A DNA stretch of 58,466 nucleotides from an uncultured Bacteroidales bacterium (lineage in GTDB: Bacteria > Bacteroidota > Bacteroidia > Bacteroidales > ML635J-15). A model generated the notes under the pieces. It saw only the letters and a list, made by a program, of their open reading frames with translations, did no database searches and had not been told where the DNA came from. Location: NCBI GenBank assembly GCA_964493875.1, contig CAZBPT010000004.1, positions 1 through 58,466 of the forward strand. The letters run 5' to 3'. Shown here piece by piece: positions 39,715 through 50,060 of the stretch. Each line of letters begins with the position of its first letter. Position 1 is the stretch's first letter. A program made the position numbers and the translations under genes.

Positions 39715-41880
39715 TTAATCAAATCTAGCTCTATTATCTTTAATTTCTGCCATTTTTTCAAGAACTCCGTTCAATCTGTATGTTTGTCCGGCTGCTCTTT
39801 GCATACTTTGAATTTTTTCTGCGTCGAAATTATCTTTTTCTGGAGCTAATTCTTTTCCAATAACTTTAAATACATAAACAGCATTATCGCCTTGAATTAT
39901 TTCGGATAATTTATTTTCAGGAAGTACTGTCATTGCACCAATAACTTTTTGTTCTTGTCCATAATTTTGTAAATATGGCTGAGCGAAATTCACGTTTTTA
40001 ATTGTATCGTAACGATATTGTTTTTGAGATAAAGCCAACAAGTCAGAATTTGAAGCTAAATCTGTTTTCATTTCAGCAATTAGAGTTTCAGCTTTTTTGT
40101 TTCTTATCAATTCTGCAGTTATAATGTTTTTTACATCTTCCAAAGATTTTGTTCCTTTTTTGGTAATTGAAGTAACTTTTGCAATAATAAATGTACTTTC
40201 GTGTGGGAAAACGTCAGAAATAACTTTTGTTGAATCTTTCATATCTTCTACACTGTATACCCATTTTACTATTTCTCTAACGCCAGTAAGGTTAGCAAAT
40301 TTATTATCTAATTCGCCTACAGTAGCTTCGCGTTTAATTAAACTATTTTTAGCAACAATAGAATCAAATTTTGCAGGACTTGTACTCTTCGACATAAAAT
40401 CATTTGCTAAAGAGAAAGCGTAATGATAAGTTTCATCTGAATAATTAATAGTTTTATAAATAGTAACAAATTTAACTTTGTTTGATTTTTCTGTAATGTT
40501 AGTGATTTTGAAAAGTCCAACTCCTTGAGCTCCGTTATTAAAAACTATATCTTTGATAAAGATGTCGCCTTTATTTCCTGTAAACAATTCGTCATTCATT
40601 TTTAAACTGTTAATTAATGGATTTGTTCCGTCAGTAAACCAACCCCAATCTCCTCCTTTTTGTTTACTTTGTTCGTCAACAGAATTAGTAAAAGCCAATA
40701 CAGCGAAATCTTGTTTTCCTGATTTTGCAATTTCTTTTATACTGTCAGCTTGATGTTTACATTGTTCAAGATTTACGCTATCGTTTGTAGAAAGAACAAT
40801 TACAGATAATTGAACAGAGTCAGGCCTTGATTCTTTTCCAATAACCTGAGAGAAAACATATTGATTTTTAAACAAATTGATTTCGGAGATTGTGCCAATT
40901 CCAGCATCAAAAAATTCTTCTGGAAGACCCATAGGCATTTTGTCTTTTGTAACAAAATTTGTATCAATAGGAATTTCTGATTTACTAACTGCATATTCAA
41001 CGATACCATCTTTCAATGTAGAATATTCATCGTAATAATTTTCTATTTCTTTTTTAGCATTTAAAGTATCTTCAGAAGAAGGAAAAACATCAAATAAGAC
41101 ATAGTCGAATTTACGAACTTCTTTGTCACTAGGAAATTTATATAAATTATTATCATAATAATTTTTTATTTCTTCATCAGTGATTTTTATATTTTCATCA
41201 GGAATACTTTTATAATCTTTTGCTAATACTTCAATAGTATATTTAGTATTTGCTTCTTCATATTCAGCTTTTGCTATAGCTGTAGGAGTATAAAATGCTT
41301 TCGAAATTAAAGTATTGTACTTTGAATTTACAACATCATTATTAATCATTTTTTTCCAATAATTAACAACAAAAGCTATTGTATCATTTTGTTCTGCTTG
41401 TGCTATAAATCTTTTTACCGTTGCAGTATCAAGCATCCCTGTATTTGGATCGGTAAACATTTGTTGTTGTAATATTATGTTATGAATATTTGATCCATAC
41501 AACAAATCTTCCATTTCTTCTTCACTTATCGACATGCCTAATTTATCTTCTTTTAAAGATATACCTGTCAAAAGGATATTTTTTTTGAACAAATGTTTAG
41601 ACAAAACATCATTCCAAGCATAAACTTTCAAATTATCCAATTCTTGCTCCGTAAAATTATTTTTTCCTGTTGCAACTTGCAAATAAGACTTGTGATAATT
41701 AATAGCATTTTGATATTCTTCGTAATCAACTTTATCGCCATCTATCTCAGCAATTGTTGACATATCGCTTCTTTGAAGAAATTCGAAAAAACCCGATGGA
41801 ATAATAAAAAGTATCAATGCTATACTTACAACGATTAATATTAATACGCCATGTTTTCTAATAGATTGTAATGCAGCCAT
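39715..41880 (-). CDS. ppiD: Membrane-anchored periplasmic chaperone / peptidyl-prolyl isomerase, PpiD-like
   Basis: 721 aa with an N-terminal anchor (GVLILIVVSIALILFIIP), a SurA_N-like region, and a parvulin-like block in the middle. Confidence 0.7.
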   Translation of the reverse strand: MAALQSIRKHGVLILIVVSIALILFIIPSGFFEFLQRSDMSTIAEIDGDKVDYEEYQNAINYHKSYLQVATGKNNFTEQELDNLKVYAWNDVLSKHLFKKNILLTGISLKEDKLGMSISEEEMEDLLYGSNIHNIILQQQMFTDPNTGMLDTATVKRFIAQAEQNDTIAFVVNYWKKMINNDVVNSKYNTLISKAFYTPTAIAKAEYEEANTKYTIEVLAKDYKSIPDENIKITDEEIKNYYDNNLYKFPSDKEVRKFDYVLFDVFPSSEDTLNAKKEIENYYDEYSTLKDGIVEYAVSKSEIPIDTNFVTKDKMPMGLPEEFFDAGIGTISEINLFKNQYVFSQVIGKESRPDSVQLSVIVLSTNDSVNLEQCKHQADSIKEIAKSGKQDFAVLAFTNSVDEQSKQKGGDWGWFTDGTNPLINSLKMNDELFTGNKGDIFIKDIVFNNGAQGVGLFKITNITEKSNKVKFVTIYKTINYSDETYHYAFSLANDFMSKSTSPAKFDSIVAKNSLIKREATVGELDNKFANLTGVREIVKWVYSVEDMKDSTKVISDVFPHESTFIIAKVTSITKKGTKSLEDVKNIITAELIRNKKAETLIAEMKTDLASNSDLLALSQKQYRYDTIKNVNFAQPYLQNYGQEQKVIGAMTVLPENKLSEIIQGDNAVYVFKVIGKELAPEKDNFDAEKIQSMQRAAGQTYRLNGVLEKMAEIKDNRARFD

Positions 41881-41912
41881 TTTCTTAAAATTATAGTTTT
41901 TTATATAATTTG

Positions 41913-41920
41913 CAAAGATA
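41913..41920 (-). promoter_or_regulatory. Candidate -7 promoter motif (TATCTTTG on minus strand) for the ppiD-like gene
   Basis: CAAAGATA on the plus strand, 32 nt upstream of the start at 41880. Confidence 0.45.
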
Positions 41921-41952
41921 GCATTTTATTTTTATTTTTAAAACTTTTTTTG

Positions 41953-41960
41953 TATCTTTG
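41953..41960 (+). promoter_or_regulatory. Candidate -7 promoter motif TATCTTTG for the coaX operon
   Basis: Exact TAnnTTTG, 11 nt upstream of the ATG at 41972. It is divergent from the ppiD promoter. Confidence 0.45.
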
Positions 41961-41971
41961 AAACATATATT

Positions 41972-42763
41972 ATGACAAATTTAATTATCGACATAGGTAA
42001 TACAAAAATCAAATACTTTATTATTGAAAAAGGATTAGTAATCGACGAAGTTTCAAATTACCTTATACCTAACATAAATAATGAAAAAATCGACTTTTCG
42101 AAAGAAAAGAATTACGACGGATTATTGAAATTATTATCTCAATATAAAATTACATATTGTATTGTTTCTTCCGTAAACGATTCTACTGAGAATGACAACA
42201 GAATATACAAAATTCTCAAAAAGAAATTCGATGAACGCTTAATGTTTTTCAATCGCGACATGAATTTGCCAATTACTGTAAAATATGAGAGTAAAGAAAC
42301 ATTAGGCTTAGACCGACTTGCTGCAGTTTCAGGAGCATCTGTGCTTTTACCGCACAAAAATGTACTCGTCATTGATGCTGGAACAGCTATTACCTACGAC
42401 ATATTAAACGAAAACAATGAATACTTGGGAGGAAATATTTCACCTGGAATTCATTTACGTTATCTAGCACTAAATAAATTTACCAACAAATTGCCGATGC
42501 TATCAAAAATGGAAAACAAATTTTCCAACACAAATTATTTTGGGAAAAACACAGAAAACGCGATACATTTTGGAGTCGAAAATGGAATATATTTTGAAGT
42601 TGAAACAAATATTTCCAGATTTAATAATATTTTCGATAAACTGAACGTTATTTTCTGCGGTGGGGATGCTTTTTTCTTTGAAAATTTGTTAAAAAATTCG
42701 ATATTTGCAGAAAAAAATTTAGTCGCCATTGGATTAAATAAAATTTTGGAATTAAATGTATAA
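41972..42763 (+). CDS. coaX: Type III pantothenate kinase
   Basis: 263 aa. Motifs IIDIGNTKIKY and VIDAGTAITYD are typical of CoaX. Confidence 0.9.
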   Translation: MTNLIIDIGNTKIKYFIIEKGLVIDEVSNYLIPNINNEKIDFSKEKNYDGLLKLLSQYKITYCIVSSVNDSTENDNRIYKILKKKFDERLMFFNRDMNLPITVKYESKETLGLDRLAAVSGASVLLPHKNVLVIDAGTAITYDILNENNEYLGGNISPGIHLRYLALNKFTNKLPMLSKMENKFSNTNYFGKNTENAIHFGVENGIYFEVETNISRFNNIFDKLNVIFCGGDAFFFENLLKNSIFAEKNLVAIGLNKILELNV

Positions 42764-44054
42764 AACAACATTCAGTATATTTTTTTTTATTGCGATTATT
42801 GTAAATATTTCATTGGGGCAAGGTCAACTTCCTTCTGTTTACTCAAAATACAACATAGGAGATGTTAATTACTCTCCTTTAATTCGCAATAATGCAATGG
42901 GGGGTGTTTCATACACTTTAATTTCAAACAATAACATAAATTTTGTTAATCCTGCAGGAATTGCAAATATTGACACGTTAACTTTTATTTTTGATTTTGG
43001 TGTCAATGGTGGGTTGCGACAATATTCTACGTCTGACCCCGCAAGAAATATTATAAAAAGCGATTATCAAATATCGTATGCAAACTTTGGCTTCTCAGCA
43101 GCAAAATGGTGGAAAATTGCATTGGGAATTGTTCCTTATAGCAATGTTAATTTTAACATTAAGGAATCTACTCCATTTGATACTATTTCTATAAATAATA
43201 ATTACATCGGTAGAGGTGGCGTTACACGTGTTTATTGGGCGAATGCTTTTGTACCATTTAAAAAAATTCCATTAAAAATTGGTATAAACTCTTCGTTTCT
43301 TTTTGGAAAAATCACACACGAAAGTTCTTTCGTTTTTAGTCCAAACTATAATGACGCAAATAATTTAACAAATTATTATTCGGAAGAATCATACAGAATA
43401 TCATCTTTTAATTTTGAAGCAGGAATACAATATGACTTAAAAATAAATGAAAATCATAAATTGTTATTCGGAGCAGTTTCAAATTTTAAAAATAATCTAC
43501 GGGCATATAAATCTGCTGTAGAATACAGTAAAAATCCTGCAACGTCAATTCAAGATACAATTAACAATATTGATGAAAAAAAAGGTAAGGTAACACTTCC
43601 TCTTAATGCAGGCTTAGGGTTGGGTTATTTGTTTAAAGATAAATTGTATGTTGGAGTTGACGCAAAATATCAAAATTGGTCAAAAGCTGCTTTTTTTGGC
43701 CAAAGCGACTCACTTGACGATTGTTTTTCTTTTGCTGCCGGTTTGGAATATGTGCCAGGAGGTTATGATAATATTTCATCATACAAATATTGGCAAGCGA
43801 TGCGGTTCAGATTTGGCCTTTATTATAACCAATCATACTACAATATTATCAATACACAATATCCAATAGACGACTTTGGCATAACTTTTGGTATTTGTTT
43901 TCCATTGAAACGTTCTAGAACAAATTTTGACCTATCATTTAAGTTTGGACAAAGAGGAACTACGGAAAACAGTTTAATTAGAGAAAGATATTTTATTACA
44001 GGAATCTCGTTCAATCTTTCTGATATTTGGTTCGTTAAAAGTAAATTTGATTAA
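42756..44054 (+). CDS. Hypothetical outer-membrane (beta-barrel-like) protein
   Basis: 432 aa with a signal peptide and alternating aromatic/Gly-rich beta-strand-like pattern throughout. It overlaps coaX by 8 nt. The family name is not recognisable from sequence alone. Confidence 0.6.
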   Translation: MYKTTFSIFFFIAIIVNISLGQGQLPSVYSKYNIGDVNYSPLIRNNAMGGVSYTLISNNNINFVNPAGIANIDTLTFIFDFGVNGGLRQYSTSDPARNIIKSDYQISYANFGFSAAKWWKIALGIVPYSNVNFNIKESTPFDTISINNNYIGRGGVTRVYWANAFVPFKKIPLKIGINSSFLFGKITHESSFVFSPNYNDANNLTNYYSEESYRISSFNFEAGIQYDLKINENHKLLFGAVSNFKNNLRAYKSAVEYSKNPATSIQDTINNIDEKKGKVTLPLNAGLGLGYLFKDKLYVGVDAKYQNWSKAAFFGQSDSLDDCFSFAAGLEYVPGGYDNISSYKYWQAMRFRFGLYYNQSYYNIINTQYPIDDFGITFGICFPLKRSRTNFDLSFKFGQRGTTENSLIRERYFITGISFNLSDIWFVKSKFD

Positions 44055-44071
44055 TAAAAAAAATAACAGTG

Positions 44072-45400
44072 ATGAAAACAAAAACAAATGGTTTAATAAT
44101 ACTTACATTAGCCTTTATCATTAGTAGCATGACAAGCTACGCACAAAATTACGGTAATGATTCAACCAGATGTGTGAATGAATTATCAAATTACACAGAA
44201 TATTATAAACAAAAACAGTACAAAGATGCATATCATTCTTGGGCTTGGTGTTATAAAAATTGTCCTCAATCAATAATTAACATTTATATTCAAGGACCTA
44301 CTATTATTGAAGATTTTATCAATAGTGAAGAAGATTCTTTAAAACGCGAAAGATGGATTGACACATTAATGCAAGTTTTCGATGACAGAATTAAATATTT
44401 TGGACAAGAAGGTTATGTGTTAGGGCTAAAAGCTCTTGCTATGATAAATTATCGTAATAATGACATACAAGCAACTTACAATGTTTTGAAAAGTTCTTAC
44501 GAATTGCAAAAAGAAGCAACTAAATATTATGTATTAAGTTACTATTTCACTACTACCGTGGTATTATATCAGAACTCACTACTCACAAAAGAAGATGTTT
44601 TGTTAAATTACTCGAATGTAATGGAAGTATTAAATATGCAAATACAAAACGAAAATAACGAAAGGACAAAAAATGCAATTTTAGCAGAAGCTCAAGCTGT
44701 TGAAGATCTTTTTATTAACAGTGGTGTTGCTGATTGTGAATCTGTAATTAAACTTTACGAGCCAAAATTCGCAGAAACCCCTACAGATGTTGAATTAGCT
44801 AAAAAAATTGTTGCTTTGCTAAATATGGGAAATTCTGACGAATGCAAATTAAGTGATTTATATCTTAAAGCAGCAACTTTAATTTTCGAAAATGAAAAAT
44901 CAGCAAGCTCAGCTCACTCAATTGCACAATCATATTTAAAAAGAAAAGAATATGCAACTGCAGATAATTTTTATATAAAAGCTATTGAGTTAGAATCGGA
45001 TCTTAAGAAAAAAGCTGACATGTATCACGAACAAGCTTTGGGATATTACTTGTCAAATAATTATCCTAGTGCAAGAAATGCAGCAAAATCAGCGATAACA
45101 TGTGATGCTGCATGTGGTAAAGCATATATTCTAATTGCAAAAATATACGGAATTACAGCAAAAAATTGTACCGACAACGAATTTGAAAAGAAAGTAGCTA
45201 ATTGTTTAGTAGTTGATTGGTTAACAAAAGCAAAAGCAGCAGATCCAAATGTTACTGCAGAAGCTAATGAATTGATAATGAGATACGCATCATTTTTCCC
45301 AAAACGCGAAGAAGGGTTCTGGTTAAATATTGATACAGGAGCAGTAGTTTCTTTTGGTTGCTGGATAAACGAATCCACAACTGTAAGATTTTGTGATTAA
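44072..45400 (+). CDS. Hypothetical secreted helical-repeat (TPR-like) protein
   Basis: The ORF starts at GTG 44069 or ATG 44072, with a signal peptide (LIILTLAFIISSMTSYAQ). It has alpha-helical repeat character (YATADNFYIKAIELESD, YPSARNAAKSAI) and several Cys pairs. Confidence 0.6.
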   Translation: MKTKTNGLIILTLAFIISSMTSYAQNYGNDSTRCVNELSNYTEYYKQKQYKDAYHSWAWCYKNCPQSIINIYIQGPTIIEDFINSEEDSLKRERWIDTLMQVFDDRIKYFGQEGYVLGLKALAMINYRNNDIQATYNVLKSSYELQKEATKYYVLSYYFTTTVVLYQNSLLTKEDVLLNYSNVMEVLNMQIQNENNERTKNAILAEAQAVEDLFINSGVADCESVIKLYEPKFAETPTDVELAKKIVALLNMGNSDECKLSDLYLKAATLIFENEKSASSAHSIAQSYLKRKEYATADNFYIKAIELESDLKKKADMYHEQALGYYLSNNYPSARNAAKSAITCDAACGKAYILIAKIYGITAKNCTDNEFEKKVANCLVVDWLTKAKAADPNVTAEANELIMRYASFFPKREEGFWLNIDTGAVVSFGCWINESTTVRFCD

Positions 45401-45960
45401 TGAATAAAAAAATTATTTTTATTATAGCTGTCAACATCGTACTTTTTAGTACGATGTTTGACTCTTGTAAAAATGATATTGATACCGTAAATCAACTTAC
45501 ACGTAAAGAAAAGATTCCTACCTTTGATATAGACACTTTTAAATTAATATACAGTGACTCAGGAAAAATAAAAGTTAAAGTAAATGCACCAAAGTTCACC
45601 CGCTTTGAAAAAACTGTACGTAACTACGATGAGTATGAAGAAGGAATACACGTATCTTTTTTTAATTATAAATCGAGCCCGGAAGCAAATTTAAAATGTG
45701 ATTACGCACGCTATTTTATTGACAAGAATTTATGGGAAGCAAAATTTAATGTTGAAATAATAAATAGCGAAACAAACGAAAAAATAAATACTGAACAATT
45801 ATTTTGGGATGTGAATAAAGAATTAATTTATTCCGAAAAATTCGTTAAAATAACTCGCCCGAATGAAATTTTGTGGGGAGAAGGTTTTGAATCAAATCAA
45901 GATTTTACAAAATATAGGATATTACATTTAGCTGGAACAATTAATATTAATGAAGATTAA
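45400..45960 (+). CDS. lptC: Probable LPS export periplasmic protein LptC
   Basis: 186 aa with an N-terminal anchor or lipobox (LFSTMFDSC). Size and position upstream of a gldE/hemolysin-like gene match the usual Bacteroidota arrangement. Its start overlaps the upstream stop (TAATG). Assigned mostly from context. Confidence 0.5.
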   Translation: MNKKIIFIIAVNIVLFSTMFDSCKNDIDTVNQLTRKEKIPTFDIDTFKLIYSDSGKIKVKVNAPKFTRFEKTVRNYDEYEEGIHVSFFNYKSSPEANLKCDYARYFIDKNLWEAKFNVEIINSETNEKINTEQLFWDVNKELIYSEKFVKITRPNEILWGEGFESNQDFTKYRILHLAGTININED

Positions 45961-46225
45961 CATGAACAAAAAAATTATTACTTACGTTATTATGGCATTA
46001 TGGCTTGCAATGTCCATTTTTTGCTTTATTACTGGATATAACTTTTACCGCAAAACAGGAGAAGTCCAATACTATACAATAATATGTTGGACCTTGGGAG
46101 GAATAAGCCTCGTAATGGTAGCTTTGAGATATATTCAATTCAGAAACGACGCTAAAAGAAAAAAAAGTCGTTACTTCACCGAACAAAATAATACTTCTGA
46201 GAAAGGAGACGATAATAATAAATAG
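45950..46225 (+). CDS. Small two-TM membrane protein
   Basis: 91 aa (or 87 aa from ATG 45962) with two hydrophobic helices and a basic/acidic tail. It is packed between lptC and the CBS-domain gene. Confidence 0.5.
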   Translation: MKINMNKKIITYVIMALWLAMSIFCFITGYNFYRKTGEVQYYTIICWTLGGISLVMVALRYIQFRNDAKRKKSRYFTEQNNTSEKGDDNNK

Positions 46226-46232
46226 ATTATAA

Positions 46233-47492
46233 ATGACTAGTTCTATTATTATCATTGTAGTAGCAATTATCATTTCAGCCCTTTCATCAGGGATGGAAAT
46301 TGCTTTTATTAGCTCAAATAAACTGAGACTTGAAATGTTTGTGAATGGGCAAAAATCAAGAACCCTTATCAAAATTACACAAAATCCATCTTTATATATC
46401 ACAACATTATTAATTAGCAATAATTTCGCACTTGTATTGTACGGGATTTTTATGGAAAAAATCTTTTCAACACCACTAAGAACCGTTATCGATAATGAAG
46501 TTCACCTATTGCTGATACTAACCTTATTACAAACATTAATAATACTGTTCTTCGGAGAATTTATACCGAAAATTTTGTTTAGAATGAACAGTTTTGGGGT
46601 ATTTAAAAAATTATCTTTTTTAGTAGTACTCACATACTGGATTTTCTATCCGATAATTTATATTTCAAATGTATTTTCCCGACTGGTTATGCATATTCTT
46701 TTTAAAGAAAAATTTGTAGATCAAACTTTGGAATTTAAAAAAATTGACATAGAGGAAATAATTGAAAACGCAGGAGAAAACAAAGATCACAATGATAATC
46801 ATGAAATAAACAACTTCAAGATCATACAAAATGCAATGGATTTTCCAGCTATCAAAGTTAGAGAATGCATGGTTCCACGGAATAAAATTATTGCTGTTAA
46901 TATTGATGAAGAAGTAGAAAATACAATCGAAATATTTATAAAATCAGGAAATTCCAATATTTTGGTTTTTAATGACAATATCGACAATGTTGTGGGATAT
47001 ATCAATATTAAAGATATTTTTAAAAAACCACAAAAAATTACAAAAATTAAAAGATCCGTAATAATAGTTCCGGAAACAATGTTTGTTAAAGATTTACTAA
47101 AATCTTTAATAAAAGAAAATAAAAGTATTGCAGTTGTTGTTGACGAATTTGGAAGTACAAGCGGATTAATAAGCATAGAAGATATTTTGGAAGAAATTTT
47201 TGGAGAATTTGAAGACGAACACGATAACAATGAGAAAAAGGTAATAATAAATAAAGACGGAAACTATATTATTTCGGGCTTGCAAGAGGTAGATTTATTT
47301 AATGAACAATACGGGTATTCGTTCTCCGAGTCTCCCGATTATGAAACAATTGCAGGATATATCTTACACCACACCGATAATATTCCACAACCAGGAGAAG
47401 ATGTTCAAATAACCGATTCAAATACAAGCTATAATTTCAAAATACTACAAGCAAGCAAAACAAGAATTGAAAAAGTATTGTTGTATAAATAA
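46233..47492 (+). CDS. Hemolysin-family / CNNM (DUF21)-CBS-CorC_HlyC protein, GldE-like
   Basis: 419 aa with an N-terminal 4-TM DUF21-like region. It has a tandem CBS region (VRECMVPR...) and a CorC_HlyC-like C-terminus. Confidence 0.8.
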   Translation: MTSSIIIIVVAIIISALSSGMEIAFISSNKLRLEMFVNGQKSRTLIKITQNPSLYITTLLISNNFALVLYGIFMEKIFSTPLRTVIDNEVHLLLILTLLQTLIILFFGEFIPKILFRMNSFGVFKKLSFLVVLTYWIFYPIIYISNVFSRLVMHILFKEKFVDQTLEFKKIDIEEIIENAGENKDHNDNHEINNFKIIQNAMDFPAIKVRECMVPRNKIIAVNIDEEVENTIEIFIKSGNSNILVFNDNIDNVVGYINIKDIFKKPQKITKIKRSVIIVPETMFVKDLLKSLIKENKSIAVVVDEFGSTSGLISIEDILEEIFGEFEDEHDNNEKKVIINKDGNYIISGLQEVDLFNEQYGYSFSESPDYETIAGYILHHTDNIPQPGEDVQITDSNTSYNFKILQASKTRIEKVLLYK

Positions 47493-47534
47493 TTTGTATA
47501 AGATAAAAAACATTTAGTTATTAAGAGTATAAAA

Positions 47535-48167
47535 ATGAAAAAAGGTCTAGCAATATTAACAGAACCGATAATAAAGAACAACCCTATAATAGTTCAAGTT
47601 TTAGGTATTTGCTCTGCACTGGCTATCACTGTAAAAATGGAGGCCGCCGTTGTTATGGCATTAAGTTTAATGGCTGTAACTGTAGTTTCTAATGTTATTC
47701 TTTCTTTAATTCGTAATTTTATTCCTCAACGCATCAGAATCATAATTCAACTAATAATTGTCGCTTCTCTAGTGATTATTATTGACCAAATACTAAAAGC
47801 TTTTGCATTTGAAATAAGTAAGGAATTATCGGTTTATGTAGGTTTAATAATTACAAACTGTATCATAATGGGACGTATAGAAGCTTTTGCATTATCGAAT
47901 AAACCGACATACGTTTTTTTGGATAGTTTAGGCAACAGTTTGGGTTACGGCTTAATATTGGTCATTGTATCTTTTATCAGAGAATTACTTGGTTCAGGAA
48001 CTATATGGAATATTCCAGTAATTCCTGAAGAATTTTATGCAATGGGTTACGAAAACAACAGTTTAATGATTTTACCGCCAATGGCATTAATAATAGTGGG
48101 TTTGCTTATTGCATTAAATAATTATAAAACATTAAAAAAAAATAAAGCTGTAGCACACGCAAAATAA
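47535..48167 (+). CDS. nqrD: Na+-translocating NADH:quinone oxidoreductase subunit D
   Basis: 210 aa with close resemblance to NqrD along its length (NNPIIVQVLGICSALAIT, GLIITNCIIMGRIEAFA). Confidence 0.9.
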   Translation: MKKGLAILTEPIIKNNPIIVQVLGICSALAITVKMEAAVVMALSLMAVTVVSNVILSLIRNFIPQRIRIIIQLIIVASLVIIIDQILKAFAFEISKELSVYVGLIITNCIIMGRIEAFALSNKPTYVFLDSLGNSLGYGLILVIVSFIRELLGSGTIWNIPVIPEEFYAMGYENNSLMILPPMALIIVGLLIALNNYKTLKKNKAVAHAK

Positions 48168-48168
48168 T

Positions 48169-48786
48169 ATGGAAAACTTAATCAACATATTAATTAAATC
48201 CGTATTCATAAATAATATGATTTTTGCATATTTTTTAGGAATGTGCTCTTATATCGCTGTTTCAAAAACGGTAAAAACATCATTATATTTAGGAATTTCC
48301 GTAACTATCGTTCAAATCATTACTGTTCCTTTAAATTATCTGATAAATAAATTTATTTTGGAAAATGGAGCTTTAGCTTGGCTGTCCTCATCTCTCTCCG
48401 ATATTGATTTATCGTTCATATCTTTTATAATTTTTATAGCAGTAATTGCCGCAATCGTACAAATATTAGAAATGATAATTGAAAAAACTAGCTCTAAGCT
48501 CTATAATACTTTGGGTATATTTTTACCTCTTATTGCAGTAAATTGTGCGATAATGGGTGCATCATTATTTATGGTTGAAGAAAATTTTTCAAATATTGCA
48601 GAAGCATCCGTATATGGATTGGGAAGCGGTCTAAGTTGGCTTATTGCAATTGTATGTTTAGCAACAATAAGAGAAAAATTAAAATATTCTAATATTCCGA
48701 AAGCTTTCCAAGGGCTTGCAATAATTTTTATTATCACAGGACTTATGGGATTAGCTTTTATGGGTTTTATGGGTTTTAAATTATGA
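48169..48786 (+). CDS. nqrE: Na+-translocating NADH:quinone oxidoreductase subunit E
   Basis: 205 aa with FLGMCSYIAVSK and LPLIAVNCAIMG motifs. It starts 1 nt after nqrD. Confidence 0.9.
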   Translation: MENLINILIKSVFINNMIFAYFLGMCSYIAVSKTVKTSLYLGISVTIVQIITVPLNYLINKFILENGALAWLSSSLSDIDLSFISFIIFIAVIAAIVQILEMIIEKTSSKLYNTLGIFLPLIAVNCAIMGASLFMVEENFSNIAEASVYGLGSGLSWLIAIVCLATIREKLKYSNIPKAFQGLAIIFIITGLMGLAFMGFMGFKL

Positions 48787-50054
48787 TGACATTAAATATT
48801 TCATTAACACTAATTACTTCTATTACTGTCTTTTTAGTAATTATTTTATTATTGACAATTATTATATTAATTGCAAAAAAACTACTTATATCTTCAGGAA
48901 AAGTCAAAGTATCGATAAATTCAGATAAGGAATTAGAAGTTGAACAGGGCGATACCTTATTAAAAACATTATCAAACAATTCTATTTATCTGCCATCAGC
49001 GTGTGGAGGAAAAGGAAGTTGCGGAGTATGCAAATGCAAAGTGATAGACGGCGGAGGCAGTTTACTCCCAACAGAAACAGCTTTTATTTCCCGGAAAGAA
49101 GAAAAAGAAAATTGGCGTCTGGCTTGTCAGGTGAAAGTTAAAAATGATTTGTCAATAATAATTCCAAATAATATCCTCGAAATAAAAAAATATGATTGCG
49201 AAGTTATTTCAAATAATAACCTTTCAACTTATATAAAAGAATTGGTCATAAAAATTTCTGCTGATGAAAAAATAAATTTTCTATCGGGAGAATATATTCA
49301 AATTGATGTTCCGCCGGTTACAATAAATTATGATAAAGACATCGAAATAAAAGAAGAATATTTTAAGAACGAATGGGAAAAAAGAGATATTTTTTCTCTT
49401 AAAATGAAAAACGATGAAATTCTTTCTCGTGCTTATTCTATGGCAAATTATCCGGAAGAAGGAAACATCATTAAATTGAATGTAAGAATTGCTTTGCCTC
49501 CATTGGTAGAAAACAAAAAAAGCAAAAAGAAAGTTTTTTCAAAGCTAATGCCTGGAATATCTTCTTCTTATATTTTTTCTCTAAAAGCTGGTGACAAAAT
49601 TAAAATTTCTGGTCCATTCGGAGACTTCCATATAAAAGACAGCAATAAAGAAATGATTTTTATTGGTGGTGGGGCAGGAATGGCACCCTTACGTTCACAA
49701 ATTTTTCATTTGCTAAAAACAGAAAACAGCAAAAGAAAAATCTCTTATTGGTATGGTGCTCGCTCATTACAAGAAATGTTTTACCTTGATGATTTTTTGG
49801 AATTAGAAAAAAATAATGACAACTTCAGATTCAATCTTGCACTGTCAGAACCACAAAAAGAAGACAATTGGCAAGGATATACAGGCTTTATTCACAAGGT
49901 TCTTTTCGACAATTATTTATCAAAGCATAAAGAGCCGGAAGAAATTGAATATTATATCTGCGGTCCAAAGCCAATGACAGATGCTGTATTGGAAATGCTT
50001 GAAAATTTAGGTGTAGAAAAAAACAATATTTTTTACGACGACTTTGGTTCTTAA
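48783..50054 (+). CDS. nqrF: Na+-translocating NADH:quinone oxidoreductase subunit F
   Basis: 423 aa with an N-terminal TM helix and a 2Fe-2S ferredoxin motif (CGGKGSCGVCKC). FAD (RAYSMANYP) and NAD (GGGAGMAP) binding motifs are present. Confidence 0.95.
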   Translation: MMTLNISLTLITSITVFLVIILLLTIIILIAKKLLISSGKVKVSINSDKELEVEQGDTLLKTLSNNSIYLPSACGGKGSCGVCKCKVIDGGGSLLPTETAFISRKEEKENWRLACQVKVKNDLSIIIPNNILEIKKYDCEVISNNNLSTYIKELVIKISADEKINFLSGEYIQIDVPPVTINYDKDIEIKEEYFKNEWEKRDIFSLKMKNDEILSRAYSMANYPEEGNIIKLNVRIALPPLVENKKSKKKVFSKLMPGISSSYIFSLKAGDKIKISGPFGDFHIKDSNKEMIFIGGGAGMAPLRSQIFHLLKTENSKRKISYWYGARSLQEMFYLDDFLELEKNNDNFRFNLALSEPQKEDNWQGYTGFIHKVLFDNYLSKHKEPEEIEYYICGPKPMTDAVLEMLENLGVEKNNIFYDDFGS

Positions 50055-50060
50055 GAAAAA

